Shown here in pieces: positions 29,751 through 39,467 of a stretch of DNA of 50,712 nt. Every line of letters starts with the position of its first letter. Within the stretch, counting starts at the first letter, position 1. The notes under the pieces were generated by a model, which saw nothing but the letters and a program-made list of their open reading frames with translations, made no database searches and was not told the origin of the DNA. This DNA comes from an uncultured Gammaproteobacteria bacterium (GTDB taxonomy: Bacteria > Patescibacteriota > Patescibacteriia > UBA9934): NCBI GenBank assembly GCA_964462325.1, contig CAYWYQ010000004.1:1-50712 (forward strand), written 5' to 3'. A program made the translations under genes and the position numbers.

Positions 29751-30658
29751 GACTTTTTACTTCAATTACTCGTGCTTTTAAATTCGCATTACAGAATTTT
29801 TTTAGAAATTTCTGGCTTTCTTTGGCTACGATAACCATCTTTTTGCTTACACTGGTTACAATCAATATGATCATTCTGGTAACCGTGATTGCAAATTCAT
29901 TGGTAAAGTCGGTAGAAGAACGTGTTGAGGTTACCTTTCATTTTACTCCCGAAACATCTCTCGATTTGGCACAATCGGCTCAAGAATACCTTCTTGGATT
30001 TGATCAAGTAAAAACAGTATATTTACGAACAGCAGACGAAAACTTGGATAAATTTAAAACTTCATTTGGTGATGATGATGTTATCCTGAGTTCTCTTGAT
30101 GAGGTTGGCGATAATCCATTTGGTCATTCTGTGATTATTTCTGCAGAATCCTCAAAAGATTTTCCCTTTATTATCGAAGCAATAGAAACGCCAGAATTTA
30201 CCGATTCTATTAAAGATAAGGATTATATTGACTCTGCGGAAACGATTGCGAAGATTGAACGTATTAGTGAGCAGGTAAAATGGGGAGGAATCGGATTGTC
30301 TGCCTTTTTTGTTATCGTAGCTGGGCTTATTATCTTCAATACCATTCGTGTTGCAATCTACGTACATAGAGACGAGATCGGTATTATGAAACTTGTGGGT
30401 GCAAATGATTGGTTTGTACGCTCACCGTTTATTATTGAGGCATTACTTTACAGTTTATTGGCGGTTGCGGTCGTGACAATTGTTATTTTACTTCTTTCAA
30501 ATGCAGTTCAAGCAGCGCCAGAGTGGTATTTTGATAGGAATACCATTCATTTTTTCACAGAAAATGCCATATTGGTCTTTGGGCTGCAGGCACTTGGACT
30601 TTCTTTCTTAAGTATTCTAACGACATCCATTGCCATGCATCGTTATTTAAAGGTGTAA
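29747..30658 (+). CDS. ftsX: Cell division permease FtsX
   Basis: RNxxLS, IFNTIRVAI..RDEI.IMKLVGA..WFVRSPF. Confidence 0.95.
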   Translation: MRLFTSITRAFKFALQNFFRNFWLSLATITIFLLTLVTINMIILVTVIANSLVKSVEERVEVTFHFTPETSLDLAQSAQEYLLGFDQVKTVYLRTADENLDKFKTSFGDDDVILSSLDEVGDNPFGHSVIISAESSKDFPFIIEAIETPEFTDSIKDKDYIDSAETIAKIERISEQVKWGGIGLSAFFVIVAGLIIFNTIRVAIYVHRDEIGIMKLVGANDWFVRSPFIIEALLYSLLAVAVVTIVILLLSNAVQAAPEWYFDRNTIHFFTENAILVFGLQALGLSFLSILTTSIAMHRYLKV

Positions 30659-30662
30659 ATAT

Positions 30663-32144
30663 ATGAAGGAAAAATTTGGGCAATATGGTGTCTATCGTTT
30701 TTGGGAGATCTTTCCCGGTGTATTGGTTTGGATGACTATTCTATTAGCAGTAGCATCTTCGTTCTTCTTTCCTCTTGCGGCCATTATTTTTATCATCATT
30801 TTTGACTTATATTGGACATTGCGAGTACTCTATTTTTTAGTGCATGTCAGTGCATCTTATCGTCAATATAGAAAAACGATTCGAGTAAACTGGTACGAAA
30901 AGATACGTAAATTATCTGGTTGGAGAAGTGTGTATCACATTGTATTGTTACCAACATTCAAAGAAGATATTTCTATTTTACGGGAAGCGCTGGATGCGAT
31001 TGTGCGCGGAGCGTATGAGAATGACAGATTCATCGTCGTTCTTGGCGGTGAGGAAAAAGATAAGAAGAATTTTTTACGCTATGTTAAGCAGTTGAAAGAT
31101 GAGTATAAAGATGTCTTCTTACACTTAATGTTTACGGTACATCCGGCGGGGCTTGATGGTGAAATTCCGGGTAAGGGTTCAAATTTGAAGTGGATGGCGG
31201 GCAAGGTACGTCCTGTGGTCGATAAAATGAAAATTCCTTACAAAAATATCATCGTGTCAGCGTTTGATGTAGATACTATTGGTCATGACCAGTATTTTGC
31301 ACGCCTAACATATCTATTTAAAACGGTGAAAAATCCGTTAAGAACGAGCTATCAGCCACTAACACTTTTTTCGAATAATATTTGGTATGCATCTGCACCA
31401 GTTAGAGTTGCATCATTTGGAACAACATTTTGGCTTTTATCGGAATTAATTCGTAGTGAGCGCATGTGGACATTCTCATCACACTCAATGCCATGGCAAA
31501 TGTTGGTAGATGTTGGGTATCATGAACCGGATCTTGTATCAGAGGACTCACGAATTTTCATGCAAGGCTTCTTACATTATAAGGGGGATTATCGCGTGAC
31601 GCCTATGTTTATTCCAGTGCACATGGATGCGGTTACGGGCAGTGGTTTCATGGATAGCTTAAAGGCGCTTTATAAACAGCAACGTCGTTGGGCTTGGGGA
31701 GTAGAACATTTGCCATATATGTGGGGAAAGTTTAAAGAAAATACAGAGATACCATTTCGTCGTCGTTTTGCGTTTATGTTCAATCATGTGGAGGGAATGT
31801 ACACATGGGCGACGGCACCAATTTTGATTTTTGTTTTAGGATATTTACCATTCATGACGACAGGAGGCTCAACAAATATTCTTATTTCAAATTCACCATT
31901 TACACTTGAACGCATGATGCAAATAGCGACAATTGGTGTATTCGCAACTGGTTTTATGAGTTTCTTATTTTTACCAAAACGGCCAGAAGAAATTAGTAAG
32001 CGCAATTGGCTCATTATGTTATTGCAATGGGGATTGATGCCAGTGACATTTGTGCTTTTTGGAGCATTTCCGGCGATTGATGCTCAGACGAGATTTATGC
32101 TAGGGAAGTATTTGGGGTTTAATGTCACAAAAAAAACGCGGTAG
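30663..32144 (+). CDS. Processive GT2-family membrane glycosyltransferase
   Basis: GKGSN, DVD, SED and QQRRW (QxxRW) motifs; multiple TM helices. Confidence 0.88.
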   Translation: MKEKFGQYGVYRFWEIFPGVLVWMTILLAVASSFFFPLAAIIFIIIFDLYWTLRVLYFLVHVSASYRQYRKTIRVNWYEKIRKLSGWRSVYHIVLLPTFKEDISILREALDAIVRGAYENDRFIVVLGGEEKDKKNFLRYVKQLKDEYKDVFLHLMFTVHPAGLDGEIPGKGSNLKWMAGKVRPVVDKMKIPYKNIIVSAFDVDTIGHDQYFARLTYLFKTVKNPLRTSYQPLTLFSNNIWYASAPVRVASFGTTFWLLSELIRSERMWTFSSHSMPWQMLVDVGYHEPDLVSEDSRIFMQGFLHYKGDYRVTPMFIPVHMDAVTGSGFMDSLKALYKQQRRWAWGVEHLPYMWGKFKENTEIPFRRRFAFMFNHVEGMYTWATAPILIFVLGYLPFMTTGGSTNILISNSPFTLERMMQIATIGVFATGFMSFLFLPKRPEEISKRNWLIMLLQWGLMPVTFVLFGAFPAIDAQTRFMLGKYLGFNVTKKTR

Positions 32145-32147
32145 GGG

Positions 32148-32271
32148 GTCCGCTTATATACTGGCGTACTTTGTTTTCACATCTGTGCGCTTCGCTGCAC
32201 TGTACGTTCTAGTACACTTCCGCTCAGTGCTCGATGATTCAAACAAATTACATCCAGTCTATTGCGCGGAC
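32148..32271 (+). repeat. GTAC-hairpin foldback element
   Basis: gtccgcttatatactgg...TGTACgttctaGTACActtccg...ccagtctattgcgcggac. Confidence 0.8.
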
Positions 32272-32272
32272 T

Positions 32273-32413
32273 TCCGCTTGAAAATGAGCGATCTATCGGC
32301 TCATAATTTCGGATTCATCCCCTGCCTGCCGGCAGGCAGGTCACTGTACGTTTCAGTACAGCTGCGGTAATCCTTAATTCTTTACCGATATTTCATCTCA
32401 TTTTCTGCGCGGA
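32273..32413 (+). repeat. GTAC-hairpin foldback element containing a CCTGCCTGCCGGCAGGCAGG palindrome
   Basis: tccgcttgaaaatgag...CTGTACgtttcaGTACAGctgcg...ctcattttctgcgcgga; palindrome at 32321-32340. Confidence 0.8.
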
Positions 32414-32469
32414 CGGACTCATTGCGCAACGAAAGGCCCGTACCTCAATCTATTGAACCGGTTTTGAAC

Positions 32470-32651
32470 CGAGGTTGAACCTCGAGGTTCAACCTCGCAC
32501 GGTGAGAAATGGAGGATATATTGTATTTATTGATAATTTGTAAAAAAAACACATATACGAGGTTCAACCTCTACTTTGCTCCAATTTCGAGGTTCAACCT
32601 CCTATGGATAAGTAGGTCGGACCTCGGTGTGGATAAGTAGATCAGACCTTG
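32470..32651 (+). repeat. Palindrome-DnaA-box module, copy 4 (expanded)
   Basis: 4x GAGGTTnAACCTC; TATGGATAA gt AGGTCGGACCT; TGTGGATAA (32628-32636) gt AGATCAGACCT. Confidence 0.85.
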
Positions 32652-32724
32652 TATTATTTTGATGTCACATATGTCATTCATGGTACGGTGGATATAAGAG
32701 GTGAGGAAACGCAAGGAGGTGAAC

Positions 32725-33315
32725 ATGAAATGGCAGTGGTTTTTGATGGTCGTGTGCATGTCTGTGTTGTTCGGATGCCTACCTAGCGAGGAGTATGCCA
32801 AAAAGTACATGGAGAATAATGTAGGGGTGACATATTTCGGTATATTACAGAGTGCTGATTTGAAAGAGTCGATTACTTTGTTTGAGTATCGGGATGACTA
32901 TCTGGCATTTAGCCTATTCGAAGAAGGTTTCGATGTGCTAGATCGCCGCCGTGTGACCGTTGCTACTTGCCTTGATTTCTCGATCTCTGTCGAAACACTC
33001 GCCGGGTCAAAGTCAGTTTTTGCTGATGAATGCATTCTCTTTGAATGGAGGGTGGTGAGCGAAACCGGTGAATTATCAATTGTCCAGATCATTAGCGTTG
33101 TGCACCTAACGTATAACGGTGATCTGAATCCAGACGAGACAGAATTTGAAGTAGAGGTACTCGTCTTTGGTGATTGGCATGGTACGATTCTCTTGCATCG
33201 TTGTAAGGAATATAAGTGTCCAATGATCATGGATGTACTTCACGATCGAAAAACAGTTCGTAGAGAACTGGAAGACGATGAGGAGATGCCGGCATTCGAT
33301 ACGGACTCACTCTAA
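32725..33315 (+). CDS. Hypothetical lipoprotein
   Basis: SD AAGGAGGTG; signal peptide ending in LFGC lipobox; terminator follows. Confidence 0.7.
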   Translation: MKWQWFLMVVCMSVLFGCLPSEEYAKKYMENNVGVTYFGILQSADLKESITLFEYRDDYLAFSLFEEGFDVLDRRRVTVATCLDFSISVETLAGSKSVFADECILFEWRVVSETGELSIVQIISVVHLTYNGDLNPDETEFEVEVLVFGDWHGTILLHRCKEYKCPMIMDVLHDRKTVRRELEDDEEMPAFDTDSL

Positions 33316-33368
33316 GGACGGCTCGTCCTTTTTTTCTTTGAGAAAACAATCTGTGCTAAAATCATCAC

Positions 33369-34643
33369 ATGAAAAATCATAGCTTAACCGTTGCGCAGTA
33401 CCTTAAATTGGTAAATGAAACACTTGGAATGATTCCAAGTCAAGAAATTCGCATTATTGGAGAGGTCTCTGATTTTAAAATAAGTCAGGGAAAATGGGTG
33501 AACTTTGCCTTAAAGGACGAGGAGCAAGAAGCAAAAATCCCTTGTTTTACCGTTGCTATGAAGCTCAAAACTCCTATCGAAGACGGCATGAAAATCGAGA
33601 TAACCGGATATCCAAAAATCTATGAACGATTTGGAAGATTTTCGCTGAATATTCAAACGATTAAACTTGTTGGAGAAGGTGCGCTTGCTCGTGCGTATCA
33701 ATTACTGAAACAAAGGCTAGAAAAAGAGGGGTATTTTGACCTTTCAAGAAAAAGGAATATCCCAAGATTTTCAAATAGAATTGGCCTTATCACTTCCACC
33801 GAAGCGGCAGCGTATGGTGATTTTATTCGTATTTTAAATAATCGTTGGAGTGGTACTGAAATCATACATATTCCTGTACATGTACAGGGACAGTATGCGG
33901 TAAATGAAATAGAAAATGCTTTTCACGTTTTTGATCAAATGTCCGCACATGAAAAGCCTGATGTGCTTGTACTAACACGCGGGGGAGGAAGTTTAGAAGA
34001 TCTACATGCCTTTAATGACGAACGTATTGCACGTGCGATTTTCCAGAGCTCTATTCCAGTTGTGGTTGCCGTGGGGCATGAACGTGATGAATCTCTTGCA
34101 GATTTTGTTGCAGATATTCGAGCATCGACTCCGAGTAATGCGGCGGAGCTTGTAGTACCGGATCGACGAGATATTTCAAAGGAAATTAGGAATTCATTGG
34201 ATTATCACCATCAGAAAATCATGATTGAATTACAGAAAAAACAGCGTATAACAGATCGGTCAATGTCGGTGTTCAAAACATATATAGAAACACATATGCA
34301 AGAGATGCGTTTTGTGGTGGAGCGATTTAGACATTCGTTTGACCGCTTTAGAATGAGTTTGGTGGCGACGATACAGTATATTGAAAACAATAATAAGACA
34401 ATTTCGTATAATTTTAATACTTCGCTTATATCAAATAGGAATAAAATAGATTCACTCGTAAGACTTTTTAGTCAATTCGATGTACAACATATATTAAAAC
34501 GTGGGTTTAGTATCGTTAGAAAAGGTGGAAAGATAGTTAAAAGTAAATCATGTTTGTTTAGCGGTGATCATGTAGAAATACAGATTGCTGATGGATTTGT
34601 AGATTGGGAAATTAATATAGAAAATCAGAAGAGCTTGTTGTGA
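33369..34643 (+). CDS. xseA: Exodeoxyribonuclease VII large subunit
   Basis: GEVS, F.LKD, RGGGSLEDL..FN, AVGHE.D, ASTPS.AAE. Confidence 0.96.
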   Translation: MKNHSLTVAQYLKLVNETLGMIPSQEIRIIGEVSDFKISQGKWVNFALKDEEQEAKIPCFTVAMKLKTPIEDGMKIEITGYPKIYERFGRFSLNIQTIKLVGEGALARAYQLLKQRLEKEGYFDLSRKRNIPRFSNRIGLITSTEAAAYGDFIRILNNRWSGTEIIHIPVHVQGQYAVNEIENAFHVFDQMSAHEKPDVLVLTRGGGSLEDLHAFNDERIARAIFQSSIPVVVAVGHERDESLADFVADIRASTPSNAAELVVPDRRDISKEIRNSLDYHHQKIMIELQKKQRITDRSMSVFKTYIETHMQEMRFVVERFRHSFDRFRMSLVATIQYIENNNKTISYNFNTSLISNRNKIDSLVRLFSQFDVQHILKRGFSIVRKGGKIVKSKSCLFSGDHVEIQIADGFVDWEINIENQKSLL

Positions 34644-34727
34644 TGTGACTACGCGGTCATATAATGGATTTAAATTGTTTATAAATCGGCATGTAAAGTG
34701 CGCATTCATGATAAAATTAAGTAAATT

Positions 34728-37700
34728 ATGAATAAAATAAAAAAAGTTCTGAATTTTCGTATATTTATTGTATTTGCGGCGCTAGGATTTTTCGTATTCT
34801 TAACCGTAATTAGTGGTGACTTGATACGAGCCTATACCACTGGCAGTTACACGAAAGACACATATGTCCGTTATGCTACACCGGGTGAAACAAATATTTT
34901 AATAGGTTATATTACTCTACAGGATCCTGTAGCTGATACAGTTGTCACAAATGGGTCAACTGCTGTTGTGACCGCAGGAGATTCCTTGACAGCTTTTCCT
35001 TCGACACATAAATTTTTTGATCCTGCGGGTGATGGTGCATACGCTGATAATGATGGAATAATAAGCTCATCCGATACCGTTCTAGACTCAGGAGATACTA
35101 TTATTACAACTGCTGTTGGGTTATTGGAGACCTTCAATACGTCTTTTACTGAAACAGGCGCAAATACTGCTATTGGCTGGATAGATAATACTACGGATGA
35201 CAATATACTTACTTCGGATGAGGATTTGGTTCACATACTTGTAAATACTGCGCAGGTTGCTGATGGATTATTAGTTAGGGAGTTTGAGACGGATATAGTG
35301 TATGCCGCAGATGCGTATGGGGACACTTACAATATTACAAATGACAATGCTATTGTGGAGGACAGTGATGCTGACGGGTTTTTCTCAGCAGGGGACGCAG
35401 TACTGATTGCTGGTCCGGGTAATGTTCGTACTTTTGGTGCGGGTGATAATGTCTGCTTTGATGCATCGGTATCTGCAGATGCGGAATATGACAGTGGAGA
35501 AATCATTTGGCTTGATGTGGCGGGCGACTGCTCTTCATTCACCACGAGTACAGACTCGATCTTGATTGGGTCTTCAGCTCCATCTGGAACAAGTACAGAA
35601 TTTGGAACTGAAAATGAAGTCGGATATTTGGACGGGTCGGATGACGATGCATATACATGTACAAGGACGGGCGATTGCGAGACAATTGTCTATTCTGGTG
35701 TCAATGGTACGGATTTGACCATAGGTGGTAATTTAACCACAAACACTGCATTCTTTGACTCATCGAGCGAAGCTACAGATGGAATATCTACAACGGGGGA
35801 TGCTTGGGATGGAGGTATTAATATCACTACGACTAATAGATTCTTCTACTCTGAGACAACTGGAGGAGAGAAAAAGTTTGTTTATATTGATGCAGATACG
35901 AATACAGATTTCACCAGTACGGATCCGATATTGCAAATTATAGATAAAGGTGCTGACAATATTGTCAGCGGTCAAGATTTTAGATCTTTTAAAGACAATG
36001 ATTATCGTCTTATAGATAGGGATGATGACGATATTTATAGTAGTGGTAGTGATGGGATCATTGCTTCTGATGACAATGATCTAGAATCATCCGACACGGT
36101 TATATATGATGAAGTAAGTGGAGCGGGTACAGATTCACTTGTAGCATTTTCATCAACACATAGATTTCATGACCATGATTCAAGTGGTTCATATGCTGAT
36201 GAAGATGATATTATAAATGACAGTGATTCTTCGACTTACTATAATGCTGATGACCTGCTATCTATTGGTTTCAAGGATAATGGAGGGGGTCCGGCACCTC
36301 AGGATGCCGATATAGACGCATTCTATGTTTATGAAATGACTGGTACTGCTTGTGCTGGTAGCGGAACGGACACATTACTTGGTAGTGTAACGGGGACAGT
36401 TTTAGATCAAAATATTGCAATTACTCGCGCGCCTTGGACGGCCAGTGACTCAGTTAATTTATGTATTTATATGGATGCAGCTAGTGGTCTGACCGCTGGT
36501 AGAAAACTGAGTCTATCTACAGGGACTACAAACCCAATGACATTTTCAAGTGGTGTGGATTCATCTATGAATGTTCGTGCAGGTGATGACAATCAAACAA
36601 TATTTATGGATGGAATTACACCAAATATTTCTCCGAGTGATTTAAACCCTAGCGAAACAGCGACTTATACTATTTCATATACCACAAGCGTAACGCATGC
36701 ATCTGGATTGAATATTTTGAATACATTCCCCTCAGGTTATGATGTTTCAGGAGGTACTGCATCTTGTACAGATGATGGGGCAACTATATCTGGGACTTCT
36801 ACAATAATTGGTCAATTATTAGGTGTTGCCGGAACTGGCGCTGAAATCACTTCTGGTTCTGCAATCGTATGCACATTAAGTGGAGTTGTAAACCCGTCTG
36901 CAGAAGAAGAAACAGGAGCATTTTTAATAGGTATTGGATCAAACTTAACACCAGATGAAGGTGATGATAGTCAAACTGTAACTATAGCAACATCTTCTTC
37001 GTCACAAACTCCATCAAATCCACCACCAACTTGGCATGTATCAGTAGAGTCTCCAAACGGCGGGGAAATATATCAGCAATCAGATACTATAGAAATTAAA
37101 TGGGTATATAGTGGTACAGGGTCATCTGATTATATAAATATTTATTATTCAGAAGACAGCGGTGAGTCATGGAATATTATTGCTAAAAATACTGAAAATG
37201 ATGGTCTGTATAATTGGGAATCTCTAAATATCAATTCGTCCGATATTACTGTAAAAGTTGCAACAACAGATCTAGTAGAGGATTTGGCATTTGATATATC
37301 TGACAATAAATTTACAATAGGTGATTTTTCTGATGAAGTAAATAATTTGTTAGATGATTCAGAAGATCTAGATGAAGGTGAATTAGAGGTCTGTGGTGGT
37401 TCATCACTCCCTTCGGATATAAATATAGGAGATAATATTGTAGGAATTAATGCTGATGGCGTACAATACCCATCCGTATTCTATATTGGAAATGACTGCA
37501 AGAGGCATCCATATCTTACTGAGAAACACTACTTTAGCTATGGATATGATGATTTTTCTAATATAGAAGTTTATACCACTACCATCTTAGAGCAAATTTC
37601 GGAAGGGAAAACTATGCCTGTAAAATCAGGATCTATACTTATCAAGACACCTGATGATCCAATTGTGTATTATGTGAAGGATACTGGTGATTTACTTAAT

Positions 37701-37889
37701 CCCGAACTTTACTCTATTCCGACTGAGTCAGATGCTATAGAATATTTTGGTAATGATTGGGCACAACGCATTATAGATGTACAAACACCATTTTTGACAT
37801 TGTTTGAAATGAATGGGAAGGATATTTCTCAACTCGTTTCTTCCGAAGTGTCGGTTATGTACACATCAAGTGAATTGAGGGCTAAATAA
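34728..37889 (+). CDS. Large secreted/surface D/T/S-rich protein
   Basis: Signal peptide, many DxDxD-type motifs, internal repeat, SPNGGE Ig-like module, C-terminal VFYIGND.KRH domain. Confidence 0.8.
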   Translation: MNKIKKVLNFRIFIVFAALGFFVFLTVISGDLIRAYTTGSYTKDTYVRYATPGETNILIGYITLQDPVADTVVTNGSTAVVTAGDSLTAFPSTHKFFDPAGDGAYADNDGIISSSDTVLDSGDTIITTAVGLLETFNTSFTETGANTAIGWIDNTTDDNILTSDEDLVHILVNTAQVADGLLVREFETDIVYAADAYGDTYNITNDNAIVEDSDADGFFSAGDAVLIAGPGNVRTFGAGDNVCFDASVSADAEYDSGEIIWLDVAGDCSSFTTSTDSILIGSSAPSGTSTEFGTENEVGYLDGSDDDAYTCTRTGDCETIVYSGVNGTDLTIGGNLTTNTAFFDSSSEATDGISTTGDAWDGGINITTTNRFFYSETTGGEKKFVYIDADTNTDFTSTDPILQIIDKGADNIVSGQDFRSFKDNDYRLIDRDDDDIYSSGSDGIIASDDNDLESSDTVIYDEVSGAGTDSLVAFSSTHRFHDHDSSGSYADEDDIINDSDSSTYYNADDLLSIGFKDNGGGPAPQDADIDAFYVYEMTGTACAGSGTDTLLGSVTGTVLDQNIAITRAPWTASDSVNLCIYMDAASGLTAGRKLSLSTGTTNPMTFSSGVDSSMNVRAGDDNQTIFMDGITPNISPSDLNPSETATYTISYTTSVTHASGLNILNTFPSGYDVSGGTASCTDDGATISGTSTIIGQLLGVAGTGAEITSGSAIVCTLSGVVNPSAEEETGAFLIGIGSNLTPDEGDDSQTVTIATSSSSQTPSNPPPTWHVSVESPNGGEIYQQSDTIEIKWVYSGTGSSDYINIYYSEDSGESWNIIAKNTENDGLYNWESLNINSSDITVKVATTDLVEDLAFDISDNKFTIGDFSDEVNNLLDDSEDLDEGELEVCGGSSLPSDINIGDNIVGINADGVQYPSVFYIGNDCKRHPYLTEKHYFSYGYDDFSNIEVYTTTILEQISEGKTMPVKSGSILIKTPDDPIVYYVKDTGDLLNPELYSIPTESDAIEYFGNDWAQRIIDVQTPFLTLFEMNGKDISQLVSSEVSVMYTSSELRAK

Positions 37890-37934
37890 GCTCTCTTTTC
37901 TCATGGAAGAACATTTGTTAAACTGCATGACGAT

Positions 37935-38147
37935 ATGACAAATAAGAAACCAACATTTTCAGAGGCATTTAAGGAGCTTGAACAGCTCACACAATGGTTC
38001 GAAAACGAAAACACTGATTTAGACGAGGGAATAGAGAAGTTCGAACGCGGTTTGGAACTTGCTCAAATATGCAAGAAAAAGCTAGCAGAAGTGGAAAATA
38101 AGGTCACAACTCTAAAAAAGAAATTTAATGATTTAAACAAAGAGTAA
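37935..38147 (+). CDS. xseB: Exodeoxyribonuclease VII small subunit
   Basis: F.EA..ELE.....E.....LDE....FERG..L...C...L...E. Confidence 0.93.
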   Translation: MTNKKPTFSEAFKELEQLTQWFENENTDLDEGIEKFERGLELAQICKKKLAEVENKVTTLKKKFNDLNKE

Positions 38148-38148
38148 T

Positions 38149-38511
38149 ATGAAAATTCTCCTACGATTACTAATTAATGCTCTTGTACTTCTGGCGATTA
38201 CGCAGATTCTTGAAGGATTTGTCGTAGAGGGATTTTACTTTGCTCTCATAGCAGCGATTATTATCGGATTAATAAATGCAGTTATTAGACCGTTTATTAT
38301 TTTTCTCACATTACCAATTAATATATTGACACTTGGATTATTTACATTCGTGGTCAATGCGCTCATTATCTGGTTTGTAAGTACATTTATTCAGGGATTC
38401 GAGATCACCGGCTTCGGGGTAGCACTGCTTGCCGCTATTATTCTCTGGGCGGTGAGTACTATTACTAATTGGACTATTCGTAAATCAGATGAAACCACAA
38501 GAGCTAAATAG
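38149..38511 (+). CDS. YvlD/Phage_holin_4_2-family membrane protein
   Basis: NAVIRP....LTLP..ILTLGLF..VVNA. Confidence 0.85.
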   Translation: MKILLRLLINALVLLAITQILEGFVVEGFYFALIAAIIIGLINAVIRPFIIFLTLPINILTLGLFTFVVNALIIWFVSTFIQGFEITGFGVALLAAIILWAVSTITNWTIRKSDETTRAK

Positions 38512-38524
38512 CTCTTGTTTCTTT

Positions 38525-39232
38525 ATGCATGAACCTATTACACCTTTTCAGAAAAAACCATTTGTTCTTTCACTCGGCGGATCACTCGTTGTTCCAAACG
38601 GAGGGCCTGATACGGCCTTTTTAAAAAAGTTAAGAAGATTTGTTCAGGTACAAGTTCGATCGGGAAGAAAGCTTGCTATTGTTGTTGGCGGGGGAAAGAC
38701 GGCGAGACATTATATTGATTCAGCGGAAAAAGTAAAATCCATTGAATCGGAAGATTTGGACTGGCTAGGTATTCATTCGACAAGGCTAAATGCACACTTG
38801 CTTCGAACGATTTTACGAGATATTGCGCATCCTGTTGTAATAAAAGACCCAACAAAAACACCGAAACGATGGAATGGAAAGGTGTTAATTGCAGCCGGCT
38901 GGAAACCGGGGTGGTCGACGGATTATGTCGCATGTCGCATTGCGCAGAACATAGGCACTGACACGGTTCTAAACCTTTCTAATATTGAAAAAGTGTATAG
39001 TGCAGATCCTAATAAAGATAAGAACGCAACACCATTTGATGATTTGAGCTGGAAGGATTATCGAAAGATGGTGGGAAATACATGGTCTCCGGGACTATCT
39101 GCCCCTTTTGATCCTATTGCTTCAAAATATTGCCACAAGAATAAAATGCAGGCGATTATCATGAGTGGAGATTTATTGAATGTATCTGCGATGATTCGAG
39201 GAAAGAAATTTACAGGAACAGTTTTAAGTTAG
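38525..39232 (+). CDS. pyrH: UMP kinase, archaeal-type
   Basis: SLGGS, GGGKTAR.Y, D.LGI..TRLNA, PGWSTD, APFDP.A. Confidence 0.92.
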   Translation: MHEPITPFQKKPFVLSLGGSLVVPNGGPDTAFLKKLRRFVQVQVRSGRKLAIVVGGGKTARHYIDSAEKVKSIESEDLDWLGIHSTRLNAHLLRTILRDIAHPVVIKDPTKTPKRWNGKVLIAAGWKPGWSTDYVACRIAQNIGTDTVLNLSNIEKVYSADPNKDKNATPFDDLSWKDYRKMVGNTWSPGLSAPFDPIASKYCHKNKMQAIIMSGDLLNVSAMIRGKKFTGTVLS

Positions 39233-39279
39233 GTCGCAGTTAATAGGATTTAGGGTGTATAATTATCAAAAACCCGTCA

Positions 39280-39329
39280 AAGGTCCGACCTTGAGGTCGG
39301 AACTACTTATCCGTGGAGGTTCAACCTCG
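39280..39329 (-). repeat. Palindrome-DnaA-box module, copy 5
   Basis: AAGGTCCGACCTT gaggtcggaact ac TTATCCGTG GAGGTTCAACCTC. Confidence 0.8.
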
Positions 39330-39414
39330 GGGTTCTTGCGGTCTTTGATGGCAAGTTAATCTGGAATGATAGGGTGCTAAAAGCTAATCAACTAAATCAC
39401 TAATAGCTAGATAT

Positions 39415-39443
39415 AAAAAAACCGCAGATGTTTTCTGCGGTTT
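39415..39443 (-). terminator. Intrinsic terminator
   Basis: aaaaccgcaga tgttt tctgcggtttt preceded by an A-run. Confidence 0.7.
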
Positions 39444-39467
39444 AGGTTGCTTTCTAGAAGCTGAGAG

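Noticed and set aside
38149-38511. Holin-family gene as evidence of a prophage
   Set aside because: The YvlD-type family is common in chromosomes; it is flanked by xseB and pyrH with no phage genes.
14451-39329. GAGGTTCAACCTC repeats as a CRISPR array
   Set aside because: Units are 11-13 bp, abutting or irregularly spaced, with no unique spacers and no cas operon.
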